Notes: generated by a model not told the origin, from the letters alone. Counted from the whole stretch's first letter, positions 38,881 through 51,671 are shown. The stretch is DNA of 62,396 nt, filler included, from Rhabdomonas costata (GCA_019059605.1; 35 parts of 35 records of this genome joined end to end with filler, not necessarily neighbours in it); one strand, 5' to 3'. Made by a program: numbers and translations.

Positions 38881-40307
38881 CTTGTGTGGGGACATGGCAA
38901 GGGTGTGAAGGTGAAGGAGCATATATATGGAGAGGAACTTGACAAAAACGTCTCGCTCTAATGAAGATCTGCTTTCTGGTTTCCTGTTTTTTCCGTTTGG
39001 CATAGAGAAATCCAGGGTAGCGATATCGACCAGGTGCAATTCATAAATGACATTTACGGAATGCCGTTTGTTTTTGGACACAACTTTTCGGCAAGCAAGC
39101 AAGGAGAAGGTCAAACCGATAAAGAGTTACTCTGAACACTTCGACCCGAGAGCCCGCCCACTTCACTGGATGCCAAAAGGAAAAAACAACAANNNNNNNN
39201 NNNNNNNNNNNNNNNNNNNNNNNNNNNNNNNNNNNNTTAATTAATTAANNNNNNNNNNNNNNNNNNNNNNNNNNNNNNNNNNNNNNNNNNNNGTTGGGGG
39301 GGGATACAGGTCCCCGACTCATAGCGTAGCAGGACCGCATCCGCAAAGCGAGTGTCGTCGTCGTGGAGCGGTCATGCAGATAGCGGGCCTGCTTGGCCAG
39401 GAGGTCCAAGGCCGCATTGCCCAAAGCTTTCACAACCCCCTTGGCCGCCGCCGCGGTGTCATGCGCCTTAACATTCTCCATGATAGGGGCATCCAGACGG
39501 AGAGTCCACTGGTGAAGGAACCGGCGCACCACTTCACGCTCAGGGCAGCGGAAAACCCGACTGGGCGGGCCAAGACCCCAAGATCCCCGAATCTGCATGG
39601 CACAAAAAGAATCGGTGAGCACCAAGGAAGGTGGAGGCTGGAAGCCCGCCACGAGGGTAAGCGCCACAAGCTCGCAGTGGGTGGAACTCCGCGGCTGAGA
39701 GACGTGGGTCGGGAAGGAGGTCGAGGAATGCCACGGAGAGCGGCCGCACCACCGCCTACGTTCAAAGAACCATCCGCCCAGACCGTGTTCCGCGTGGTGG
39801 GGTAGTCTTCCGGAGAATAACAAATTTTGCCAACGTCGTTTTTTATTTTCGTTTTTATTATCCGCCGGCGTTTTCAAATTCTTTCTGGGCCTGGTCGATC
39901 TCAATCTTGACTTCGACCGGGATCTCTTTCGAACGTTTGTTGGTGTTGGTATTTTTTGGGTTCCACATTGTTGTCTTCTCAGGTGGCGCCAATGGACCCG
40001 TAAATCGCCTTCTGAGGAGTATAAATGGACCAGCGCCCAGAAATTGATGCGTCAAGAACCGACTGGAAGACCAGATGGCAGCTGCAGTGAAAGAAAGTCA
40101 AAATCCACCGAGTGAGTGAATAACGGCAACCACTGCAAAGTGGGTGGGTAGGCATTGTATATGCAAAACTGCCACGTCCTTTCGCCTGGAACTCGGCCAA
40201 CAAAAAGGAGGAATTCACTGAAAAGAAAGCCACGTCGAGCAACTTCATGACGAGATAACGAGATGGATAATCAAAAGCACACTGTCATAATTGGGTTCCA
40301 ACCTAGC

Positions 40308-40853
40308 CTACTTCTTCTTGTCTTTGTCAGCAGATCGACCCGCGATAAACTCCTGCATCTTTTTGAACTGCTCCGGAGTCATGGTCTTGTAGTAGTCCAG
40401 CCCACACTGCTTCTCCATTTCCCGGGCATCGGCAAGACCTCGGTTGAGACCATCTCGAATTACCTGCGTGTAAAAAACTCGGTTCAAGGTCGCCGAACAA
40501 AACTGGGAATTGCGAACAGATTATACACGAAGCATAAGTACCCTACTTCGAATAACACATAACTCCGTCACAATAGAGCAGCTGAATTTTGCGCCCATCA
40601 GTAGAACCGTACGGCCGAAACTTCTGGACAGTTGTGGGGAGAAGAACCGTGTCGCGCAGGGGCGAAGGAAACAATAATTCGGGCGGTGGCATAAACTGCG
40701 GACTTTCACTTCAAACCTCAAACCTGAAACTGTGGCCACAAGCTACCTTCTTATAGCGCCGCACGAGGTCCGGAGAGTTTGAGGCTATGGCAGAGGCCAG
40801 TTGCATCGCAGTGGGCATCAGCTCACTTGCGGGCACAACACGGGTCAAAAGAC
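40308..40853 (-). CDS. Enoyl-CoA hydratase/isomerase, last 2 exons (40853-40747, 40463-40308)
   Basis: GLLTRVVPASELMPTAMQLASAIASNSPDLVRRYKK|VIRDGLNRGLADAREMEK...YYKTMTPEQFKKMQEFIAGRSADKDKKK* is a crotonase C-terminus resembling plant ECHIA-type enzymes. Confidence 0.85.
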
Positions 40854-41463
40854 CTGAAACATAGTGCAAACCAATGCAACGCAACACCCAAGGGCACCAA
40901 ATAGAACACTGCAGAGTCCCAGAGTCCCGCACAAAGTTAAACTCCTGGCGGGGGCTGGATGGCTCATCCCCAAACCCNNNNNNNNNNNNNNNNNNNNNNN
41001 NNNNNNNNNNNNNNNNNNNNNTTAATTAATTAANNNNNNNNNNNNNNNNNNNNNNNNNNNNNNNNNNNNNNNNNNNNGGTGTGTTGTAAACGTGCATTGC
41101 GACCACCGAGATGCACCAGGAGACACGTGCAACGCTCCCAAATCCCCTGCAAGGTCTTCTGTGTTATTGGACACGAAGTGCATCTTAGTGGGTCTGGGTC
41201 CTTAAAATGTACCGCAAAAGGGGTCCCCAAAATGCCCCAGCGCTGAATTTTTCTTGGCCATCACTTTTGGATTGCTAATATTAAGCCTTCCAACATATTG
41301 GCTGTGCACCCGTGGAACGAGGTGAAGGGGAAAGCGGTGAAACCAGCAAGTGCCAATACGCTGAGAAAACGAAAAGAGATGGATGGAAAACGGAAAATAT
41401 GTTTGAGATGATGGGAATTTTCTCGGAACGACATTTTGCGTAGCGATGAAGGGGCTTGCGTAC

Positions 41464-41575
41464 CCTTCAGCACCATCGCCTCGGAGAGATCTATCCCGTG
41501 CAGCCCCTTCTCAGGGTAGCCCATGCTCCGTAGCTGCTGCAGAGTGCGCCCAAAGCCGCATCCGTAGTCCAGCAC
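41464..41575 (-). CDS. Class I SAM-dependent methyltransferase fragment (motif I), joined in frame to a transporter exon
   Basis: VLDYGCGFGRTLQQLRSMGYPEKGLHGIDLSEAMVLK|gtacgc contains motif I (VLDxGCGxG) and the post-I GIDLSxxM. Confidence 0.75.
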
Positions 41576-42468
41576 ACACACCACCACAGGGGAGCACGAC
41601 CGGAACACAATCACGGTGTCCACGTTGCTGTCCTGCATGGGGCACGAAGGGGTGGGGGTGGGGTGGGGTCGGTGAGCGTCACTGACTTGAATGGTTTAAA
41701 TGTGACCTGCAAGTGCGCATCACCTCATGCATCCCTGGTTACCAAGGGCCGACAACAGTCCCAATTTCATCCAGATTCACCCAGAGGTGCACTGGAGGTT
41801 GGGTAGGTGTGGGGGTGACCGTTACCACTAACCCCTGCATCTTCCATTGCGCCAATCCTTTCAGCCAATTTTGGTGCAGTTTTTGTAGGTTTTACAATGT
41901 TGTACAAATGTAAACACAAGGAGGCCGGCACCAACAACGTCAAACACCAGTCCCACAAAAAGCATGGCACCAGTCCAAGAGGGGCGGAGGTATTCTTATT
42001 CCGGTTACTTCGTTGAGCTTCACACTGCCGTCTTCCCTGAAACCCTGAATCGCGCTGATGCCCCCGGATCGCATCCTGATGCCTGAGCCGTATCCCGAAG
42101 TCTACTATTGCTTTCCTCTTCCCCTCAACGCAACAACAGCCGATAGCTCTGAAAACAACAAGCATCGACGATCATGCCTGCAATGCCCTCATGTTGGCGT
42201 ACAGGCTGCCCGCAAAGGCCAAGTTGTACACCAAGTAGGGCTTCACCTTCGCCCATACCAGCTTATCAAGCTGCACCATCCCCAGCAGCGCTGCCACATG
42301 AAGGACAAGTACGCAGAAGATTAGCTGCGCCACGCTAACGTACGATGGCAGCGGGATGAAGTGCACTGCCAGCTTGTTCACGAGGATCATTCCCCCGGAG
42401 CATAGGCTGTAGCTCAGCACCGAAAGCAGGACCGTGGTGCGGGCAGGGGGACGGACCTCGATCACCAT
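41564..42468 (-). CDS. GONST3/4-like GDP-sugar transporter, N-terminal 2 exons (42468-42178, 41632-41564)
   Basis: YSLCSGGMILVNKLAV...VSVAQLIF...SLYANMRALQ|DSNVDTVIVFRSCSPVVVCVLDY. The NVDTxIVFRS motif is typical of this family. Exons join through a 545-nt GC-AG intron. Confidence 0.88.
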
Positions 42469-45400
42469 TTTCTGACCACCCCTCCCCGGGAACCACCCCT
42501 CGCACGCCGACACACACTCTGTAACGTAACTCTACGAGTGTTCGCCGCACTGACTAGCACGGCTCTAAGAAAACGGAGTGCGGTTCTACCAACACCACGA
42601 AGTCAAAAATAAATAAACACGCAAAAAGAGGCCTGGACAATAAAAATAAGAACAATTAACTGCTGAAAGCAGGACAAGGGAAGCCGAGTCACGATCGATG
42701 AGGCGGGGGCTGGTGGTCGACATCGAACGCTATTACACGAAATGAGCCTCCCACCAAACCCCNNNNNNNNNNNNNNNNNNNNNNNNNNNNNNNNNNNNNN
42801 NNNNNNTTAATTAATTAANNNNNNNNNNNNNNNNNNNNNNNNNNNNNNNNNNNNNNNNNNNNTTTGTTTGGGAGCAGGCATTCTTCTTTTTCTCCTGGGA
42901 TTACCTCCGCAGCAACACCTCAATCCCATAACCATAATGCCCACGAACTTCCGGCACTGTGGGCTAACTACAATGAAAAGGGGCTTGCCGCTCGTGGGCA
43001 TTATGGTTATGGGATTGAGGTGTTGCTGCTGAAGTAATCCCAGGAGAAAAAGAAGAATGCCTGTTTCCAACAAATAGCGGGGTGCTTAAAAACTGGTTGG
43101 TGGTCAACCCGGTGCATGTCCATGCACCTTTGGCCGGTTGGGCATTTCCTTGTGGATAATGGCTCCTCAGAGCGATGAGTGCGATCTTCTTTCTGTTTTT
43201 TGGCGCAAATGTTCAGAGTCAACGGGGCAGTAGTAACCGGTCCTAAACAGCACAACCTTTGTTTATTCAAAACCTGTTACCTACTCATTCGAAAAACTAT
43301 GTGTTTCCTTTTGTGCTGCGGGACTGCGGACACTGGACATGCTGTTCATGAAAAAAGGCTGCCCCCATTCCGCTGTGGGGCTCATCCGGGAAGTCCCGAA
43401 GTTGTTACCGGGTGAGTGTGATCACCACCGCCCGACGACGACAACAATTTTTCCTTCACTTTGACTTTTCAGACATCAGAAATGCAGAGATCGTGTGTAG
43501 TTTTCTAATTCTGGGATGCCGGTTGCAAATTTAAAAAAGGAGCTGCTGGCGCAGATTGAAGTGTACCGCAATGCTGACCAAAAGAGGCAAGAGCTGCGGA
43601 GGAAGGCCAAGAAGGACCGCAAGGAATCCACGGAGATCCAAAAGGTTTGAGAGGGTTCTGTTTGTGGAATTGTCCCATGGGGGTAATGAACGGACCTCCT
43701 GCGAAAATGTGCGTCCTTTAAATTTCCGTCTCTTGTGTGTCGCCCTATCTGTGTTTTCCATTCACTCACACATGGAGGAAACCTGTCTTTCTCCATGCGT
43801 ATGATAACCAATTCTGCACGGCATATTAATGATACTGATTGTGGTACAGACCGTGACCACCGACGGCATCAGTCGGAACCTTGAAGCTCCTCTTGTCTGC
43901 CTTCCACGTGCTTGGAGGAGCATGCCTCTCATCGCGATTTCATGTTTCGCGAATTTTCTATTACCCTTCTTGTCCTGCGGTGTGTTGTCTGCAAGTCGGC
44001 AACTCTTTTCGTCTTTTTCATCTTCGCTGCCTCGGCATCAGTTTCTTGGCGGGGAACAGAGCAGTTGTGCATCGGCGTCCAGTTTTTTCTGACCGTTGTG
44101 ACCGTTGTCCAAAACTCACTCTTTCCCGCACCTTTGGTCGTCGCAGGCGTTTAAGGTGAACCCGAAGAAGGTGAACAAACTCTCCCCGAAGTTCCGGAAG
44201 CAGCTGCACTACGTTCGGGTCCACGGCTTGAACTCCGTTATGACGGCCTAAGCTGCTGCTATCCAAGCAAGCTGAGCTAGCGAAGGGAGGCACTTCCCTC
44301 CTTTGGCTTTTGGCTCCAGCGTGCGGTGCGCAGCCGCGGCAGACTTTTCTTTTGCTGCTGTGTCCCCTTGGGCCTTCTGCGCCTTTGACTGTGGCTTCAC
44401 AATTACAATTGGCGCCAGCGTGCGAAGAATCTTGTTGTTTTGTCCGTTGTGGTGCCTGCTGTGCTTTGTTTCACTGACGTGGCTCCAGATACCAAGAAGT
44501 CTGTCCTAGACATTATGGTGGAGAGTCAGTGAAACCAACCCCACACNNNNNNNNNNNNNNNNNNNNNNNNNNNNNNNNNNNNNNNNNNNNTTAATTAATT
44601 AANNNNNNNNNNNNNNNNNNNNNNNNNNNNNNNNNNNNNNNNNNNNGTTGGTTTTGGACAGAGGGCATTTTTCAGATCAGACCACGTTTTTCTGGCGAAA
44701 CTCAACTGGGGACCGTTTACATGTAATCACTGCAGTTTTCACAGATTACAGTGAAGGAAAGAACGGGAACGGGCACTGAGAGTAATTCGGAATGATATCA
44801 CTCGGTAAAAAAAAAAGGAGGGCAAAGAACCGTGAACACATCAAAGGAGCCCGCACCGGCGTAACCACACCAGACCGTGGAAGCCAAAACGCGAGAGCAA
44901 TTAAATGGTATCAGAATCGGAACGAACATGCAGTGCATAGTGGCAAAGTCAAAGAGGAGGAAATTCCATCTGTAGGCAATGGATTCAAGGATGAGCACCG
45001 TAAGAGGTCAGTATGGCAGGCATCGTACACACAGGCTCCACTGAACGCGCCGATATGTGGAACAAACAACCCTGCGACCACAAGCACTCATGCTAGACCA
45101 AAACCGAGAGGAAGCATCGATTTACTTTCTTCGCCTAATTGTACAAAATTCAAGCGGACCAGAAGGTCGATCTGGAACCCCGCACACTGCAAAAAGGGCA
45201 AAACGAGCCATTGGTTGACTGAGGGGCTGTTGATTGGTGATACACAAATGAAAATGCACGAACAACTCAGGATAGAATTCTCTCATCGATTCAGCACTAG
45301 ACACTGAGGTGGGAGCTGAGAGGCATGGGCGGTTGGCAGGGTTTGCTGAGAGCTGCAGCACGGGCTGAGGAAGATGACAGGCAAAGACGAGCGACACATG

Positions 45401-45568
45401 TAGCCACGGAAACAGGAAACAGAAGAACAGAATCAGGGGAGACACAAAATTTGTATGGATGGATTGGCTTTGGCACAGACAGGAACACGCTAACGCAACC
45501 CATGCCGGCCTCAGAGATATTGAAAAGTGTGCGTAACCAAGTTGCGGCAAAAGAAAGTCCGGAATGGT

Positions 45569-46331
45569 TCAGCTACGATCGCTGCATCGGCAGAAAAAGA
45601 GATTAAGCCCGTTCACTATGATACTGGTTGGGCCGATGCTATATATGGGGGGAGGTCGAAAGGCCAGCGAGTTTATCCTTTCAGGGACCACAACAATCTG
45701 AGGGCCGGAGTCAAAGTCCGCGCTGTACACCGACGCAGGGGTACGGAGCTCGACGGGGGAAACGGAGATGGTCCTGCTGCGTGGGGCGGTGCCCTGCTTG
45801 TGCCTGCGGGAAACCATGCGGATACCCCGAGTTAGAGTAACCCCTGCAGCGACTGCCACGACAAGGCATGAGAAGGACAGCAGCACCACAGCATGGGCGC
45901 CCAAGGCGAAGGGCGAGTCCGCTGCGGAGAAGGCCGAGCATAGCAACCCGTAGGCTGGGTCGAGGTTGTTGCCGCTGATATTAATCTGCAGTCCTGCAAC
46001 AATCACAAAAGGGATGGACCCTAGGGATCCCACAATGGAGTAATTCGCGCCGTCCTTTCGTGGGCGAAACCCCGTACCCGGGCGGTAGTAACGGAGGAGA
46101 TCAAAAACAGGGTGGTAGGCCCAGCCCTCCACAACGGCGAGGACAACCCACAGGGCTTGCGAGGCGACCCAACCGATGATGGCAAGGCGAAGAGTGATCA
46201 TGTAAATGTTGACCGCGCACATGAACTCCCGAACTCCACTGTAAAGCGTGTAGTCACTCCACAGCCCAGGGAAGAGCTCATGGACGTGGGCGATGTAATA
46301 GACCTTGGCACCAGTGGAGCACACAAAAACC
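45569..46331 (-). CDS. Multi-pass membrane protein, possibly GPCR-like (partial)
   Basis: Open frame of ~250 aa with several hydrophobic segments (LRLAIIGWVASQALWVVLAVV; YSIVGSLGSIPFVIVAGL; AVVLLSFSCLVVAVAAGVTL), a Cys before the first helix and in a loop, and a basic Ser/Pro tail. Confidence 0.45.
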
Positions 46332-46759
46332 NNNNNNNNNNNNNNNNNNNNNNNNNNNNNNNNNNNNNNNNNNNNTTAATTAATTAANNNNNNNNNNNNN
46401 NNNNNNNNNNNNNNNNNNNNNNNNNNNNNNNGTGTGTGGGTGGGTCCCTTGGGGGCTCGGTTCAGTCAAGGTTCTGGTTAGGAAACTCCTTGCATCGGCC
46501 TGTTTTATGAGGGTTTGTGCTGATTGACGTGTTGTACAAGGGTATGTCCTGTCCCGGGACTATTGAGGCAGAAGGGAGGGTCACTGTTTCTGAAATGCAC
46601 ATCCTCCATGGCACCTGACGCTCCGAAGAACCCTCCCACGTGCACCCGTGACGAACTGCGCGTGCACGCCAATCGGTAGCTGTCACCAACTGTCAGTCGG
46701 GCAACAGCGTGTCGCCCCTAGACGCTCGCACGAACTCACCTACGCACGCACGTCCGCAG

Positions 46760-47740
46760 GACATACTTCGCGGCTTTTACTCCGGAACCTTCTGCGACGC
46801 GTGCCTGCCCCCGTACGAGGTGGACCCATTGACTGGCCTGTGCACGGTGAACCCTACGTATGGAATGGGGGGAATGGCAGGCTCGCCTCCTCTCCCTGCA
46901 CCGTGTAAGGGGTATTTCTTGCAATAAGGGAATTCATTTACCCGTGGCTCTCTAAGAGCTTGGAGTGAATGGATCCTTTCAGAGCATGGAGGCTCAGAGG
47001 AAAGTAGGGCCAAGGGTTCCAGAGAATGGTGTTCACCCCTCCCCTTCCCTTCCTCCTCCTTTCCCTCTTGTCTCAGGTGCTCGGGCAATGGGGTGCACAA
47101 CTCCAGCATCGTCCCGCCGTGCACCTGTGTGGGTAGCATGGCGACGGGGTTCTGGGGGGGCAGCTCCTGCCAGCGCTGCGCGGACGGGTACGGCGGGCCT
47201 CAGTGCCGGTGTGCGATGGACGCGACCGTGGGCCCGTGCAACGGGCACGGAGTGTGCCTCAACGGGACGTGCCAGTGCACTCAATCCCCGGTGTGTGCGG
47301 ATTTTTTTTGCTCGAAATTTAAGGAGGAATGTTCTCTCTAGCGCTCTGTCATGATCTGACGTAACTATACAACCAGTCTCAGCTGCGAGACCAGACCGGC
47401 TCAAAAATGAATGAGAGACATCTACTTCCATGCTATCTCCTTGCGCACACTCTCTCTCCACTAGAATCGAAGAACTTGTCCTATCATGTTTTTGTGCTGT
47501 TCCCAGTCCAGTTTCCGAACAGAAAATATCATCGCCAAGCTCACACCCTCAGGCACGCTGTCCTTCACTCAGGCCACGGGCTTCTGGGCGGGCGACCAGT
47601 GCACGTCGTGCGCCCCGGGATGGTTCGGCCCTGCCTGCCAGTACTCCACCAACTGCTCCGGGATGGGCACCTTCTCCACCTCTTCTGGGGCCTGTGTGTG
47701 CGTCGGCAACGTCTCGGTGGGATTCTGGGGTGGGGTCATC
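46760..47740 (+). CDS. Laminin/tenascin-type EGF-repeat surface protein, several exons
   Basis: GFYSGTFCDACLPPY, CSGNG...CTC...GFWGGSSCQRCADGYGGPQC, CNGHGVCLNGTCQC, GFWAGDQCTSCAPGWFGPAC, CSGMG...CVC...GFWGGVIC. Confidence 0.85.
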
Positions 47741-48216
47741 TGTACGCAGTATGCCCCGCTAATCGTCATGTTCTCTCTGTTCTCACCCCAAACTGCCCTG
47801 ATCTCCCTCAATAGCCTAATAGCGTCCCTGGTGTAGGTTGGCTGCGCTACCATCGCCATCGTGTCTGGACAGCGTCGGCTTCGCCCATCAGTGCTGTGAG
47901 TATTTTTCGGGTTTCCTCCCTGCCAGCTTCTCTTGACAGCATGCCCTTGTGCCCCTCCCATGGCCAAGGCGAAGATCCCTTCCCATGTCTGCCTTTCTCA
48001 CCAGATGTTGTTTGCACTCCTTCTTCCCTCCTTCTTTCTCGTCTTCATGCCGCATTTTGCACGGCATACTGAAGAAATTCCCACGGGTACCTTTATCCCT
48101 GCTCCACGCGAACTTTNNNNNNNNNNNNNNNNNNNNNNNNNNNNNNNNNNNNNNNNNNNNTTAATTAATTAANNNNNNNNNNNNNNNNNNNNNNNNNNNN
48201 NNNNNNNNNNNNNNNN

Positions 48217-49315
48217 CGTTATCATAGTGACAGGTGAAAGCAGGTATGAGGCGGGTGGGTGGGACTTCAACCCGTTGACAAGGATCATCTCGCTGAGCTC
48301 GCTGGCCTCACCTCGACCCACAGTGCCCACCTCGAAGCCTGCGCGGTAGCCCGCGGTGTGCACCGGGTTCAGCAAAAGCTCCCGCGGGGCATCCCCGCTC
48401 AGCATGTTGTGCACGCACCCTGCAGAGGCAATAAAAATGTTGGTGGGACCTGATCCTGCAGTACCGGGGATTTTCCTAAACCCACAAGAAGCTCAACAGG
48501 GGTCAAGCGCACCTTTCCCCACGAGACCTGACCCAGGGGGAGTAGTAAGAGTGAACTTAGCGCATAACGCGCTGGCTGATGTCGACTGATGTCTCCAAAT
48601 AGGATGTTGTGCTGCGTTGATGAACTGCGCATATGCCTCGAGCTGGCCGGTGTGAAGCATACACTCGTCGATTGCTCGCTGATACGAGTGCGTGCGTGTA
48701 TTGTGTGTGCACGTGGGCGAATCACACCGATGGACAAGGTCGAGTTTTTTCACGGACCCCAAACAGCGGCAATCCGACAATTGAAGGTGTGGAACGCGCT
48801 ACAACCCCTTGACGAACATAAACCAAAACCTATTGTTAGCTAAAAAGCTAAAAGGAAGCTTGGAGGCATTTTTAGCGTCAGCAAAGCCATTTTCTGACCC
48901 GGGTCGTGTGTGTCAGAAATCAGGACCCTACACATTCTCTCTTGGTGGTGGTGTACAGTGTGGAACTGCCCGTGGTACTTGTTTGTGTGTCTCCCCGTTG
49001 TCTGTTTTCTTCCCCCAGGCATGATGACATCCCATCTGTGCGGTTGTGCCCATGTTTCCCATGTTTCCAAGCACCTGGAAGATGCGCACGAAGAATAACG
49101 GCGGCGATACTTTCCAACACACCCTACCTTTCACACTCACATACCGATGTCGTGCAAAGTAGTACCGCCGCCCTCCCTCAGCCGAGTGACGTCAATGTTG
49201 GCCGCGGCGTGTGGCGGCAGCAGGGGCTTTACGGTCTGCAGCGGGAGATACTCCCCGCGGTGCAGGGCCTCCAGCAGAGCCTCGGATAGCTCGCGGTCCC
49301 GCGCCAGCGCCTATA
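48217..49315 (-). CDS. Multi-exon uncharacterised protein
   Basis: GC3-rich exons ALARDRELSEALLEALHRGEYLPLQ...TLHDI|gtatgt, ...TPPGSGLVGK|gtgcgc and cag|GCVHNMLSGDAPRELLLNP... The last junction is phase-compatible. Family not recognised. Confidence 0.5.
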
Positions 49316-50687
49316 GGACGGGGTGCACACCACCACAACCATCAAAGATTCATCTGTCTTGCTTCCATCGCTTTGTCGGCCTCGTTTCAAAGATATTATT
49401 TCTCGTCTTTGTGACTCAGAATCCAAAAACTTGAAACCTTGGAATCTAGTTTGCCATTGCAATGCCGCTGTTACAGTGGCACATATGGGGACGGAACATT
49501 TCCCAAAGAAAAAACCGACAAGCGGCTATATCATCTGAGCCCACAAAAATCAGTTGCTGTATCCATATTCTCTCTACCTCTCCGACTTCAACATCTCTCT
49601 CCATCCTTACCCAATCCTCCCCCTCCCCCTTTCCCAATATTTAACGTGCTCTTGGCCACACCGTTGAACAGACCCTGGACATTCTGTCGTGACTTACTTT
49701 ACTTTACCTTAAGCACAGAAAACCTGGCGGCGGGATCGAACCAATCACCCAATATTGATACTCACTTATCTCACTGACTTATCTCGTTTCCATTAAAAGA
49801 GGAATCAAAGCGCTTGCCCCTTGGTAGGAAATGACCGATCGGGCATCATCCACGGTTGCAGAGGAGGCCGCCCATTACCTTGCGACCCACACAACCAACA
49901 ANNNNNNNNNNNNNNNNNNNNNNNNNNNNNNNNNNNNNNNNNNNNTTAATTAATTAANNNNNNNNNNNNNNNNNNNNNNNNNNNNNNNNNNNNNNNNNNN
50001 NGGTGTTGTTGAATCGTATAGAGACCCCATAGCTTGTTTAATTTGCCGAAGAAGTTGTCCGCGATGTTCTGCTTGGGCGAACCTGTTGGTCTTTTTTTCA
50101 GGGTGGAGGCCAGGGGTGGATAGAACGACCCGCCGCACCTTGAAGAGACACATGGATGGCTCCTCTGCAAAGTATGCCTGTCGAACCTCGCTCGGTGCTA
50201 TCGTCTTCTCTCCCATCTTTTCTCTCTCTTCCTTTCTTTTTCAAGCACCCCGTCCCTCCGCACCTCAGACATCCCATCTCAGAGCCCGCAGAACCCGACT
50301 CCTATTTCAGATGAAAAGGGTTCCACAAAAAGCCAATCTCAACCCCAGAGTCTCAAAGAACCCAGCGAAGAGCGTCCAAAGCACGCGCAAATAGTGCCCT
50401 GCTAATGATGACTCAACCACTCTGCCGGGTCGAAACGCCAGCCACTCCAGCAGCGGATGAAATCAGTCAGCTCCTCAACTCACCCCTTTCATGGGCGCCC
50501 CTTACACTCCCAAGCTGCGAGAATACCCCGCAAGACCCAGGTGGGATTGATTGAATTGTCAATGTACGAGGGAAAAAATGTACGAGGGAAAAAACCTCGA
50601 CACATCAGCTAAGATCAGCTTGAGAGTGTTGTGAGGGGGGGCTAAGATTAAGCTTTTCTCCCTTGTTTCGAATCATCAGCATCCAGA

Positions 50688-51671
50688 ATGCACGACGCGC
50701 ACAGGAGGGCGCCTGTGTCGGTGGGAGGTTGGCGACCACGGGGCCAGCAGCAGCAGCAGGCCGTGGTGCTATTTGACGAGGCCGACGTGGTTTTTCCAGA
50801 CGAGGCTGGCTTCCTCTCTGCGGTCCGACAGCTCATTGTGGACAACAAGTGCCCCGTTGTGCTGACATGCACCTCCGCCCCGGAGGCCATCGGGCAGATG
50901 GAACAAGTCTGCGAACCCTGTTTTTCTGTCTTCTTTTTTTTTTGCACCTGAGAATCGCAAAAGGGGTGAGTCCTTAGCCAGCATTCCCATCATTTCGAGG
51001 ACCAAAACAAACAGCTTGAAACTGATGTTTTGCCGCTTTCACGTAGCCTCTCCTCACAGATTACTCTGGCCTCTGGTTATGAGACGAGTGTGCAATCTTG
51101 CCTTCCTCCCTGGCATAACAAAAGTTTGCGAAACAAACTAAATGAAAAAACATTCACATCTACTCACCCCATCCGAAAGAGAGAAGAGAAAACCGAAAAC
51201 TTTAAGCCAAGATTAAAACACAGAACACGGTGTTTTGGGAACAAAGAACAAAGAAGTGGAGCAGAAAGCAGTTCTCAGGAGTGGTGGATTGCATAGATTC
51301 CGACTATTTATCGCGCTTCTTGGGTGCTCAGATCCAATCTTGCGTGGCGGGGAATTAATGCATCACCCAACGGGACTGTCCCCTGCCCTGCCCGCAGGTC
51401 CTGGAGATCCCCTTTACATCCGATCTGGGCCCCGCCGTGATGGACGTTTCCGCGCTGACGCTGCAGTGGGCTCAACAGCAGGAGGCTTTCCCAGCGCCTG
51501 TCGCACCCACTGCGGTCCTTCCAGAGGCGAAGCCTCCCACCGCTGATCCAGTGGAATCGCAGCCGCTCGAGGTCCGAGAAGGGTTGGACAAGACATTCCA
51601 GGAACTTTTTCGGGACGGGGAGTCGGGGACTGGGCCATATTCCGCAGTCCCCATACCATATCCACCACCCC
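50688..51671 (+). CDS. ATAD5: ATAD5/Elg1 (RFC-like clamp unloader) AAA+ region, 2 exons (~50688-50906, 51398-51671)
   Basis: AVVLFDEADVVFPDEAGFLSAVRQLIVDNKCPVVLTC matches the Elg1/ATAD5 Walker-B/sensor region (LILFEEVDVIFDEDAGFLNAI...KRPVILT). Confidence 0.8.

Noticed and set aside
42863-43074. ~80-bp inverted repeat (long hairpin), pre-miRNA- or MITE-like
   Set aside because: It begins exactly at a contig start, as do the hairpins at 16080, 30369 and 33941, which fits a fold-back amplification artefact. The few arm mismatches mean a real repeat is not fully excluded.
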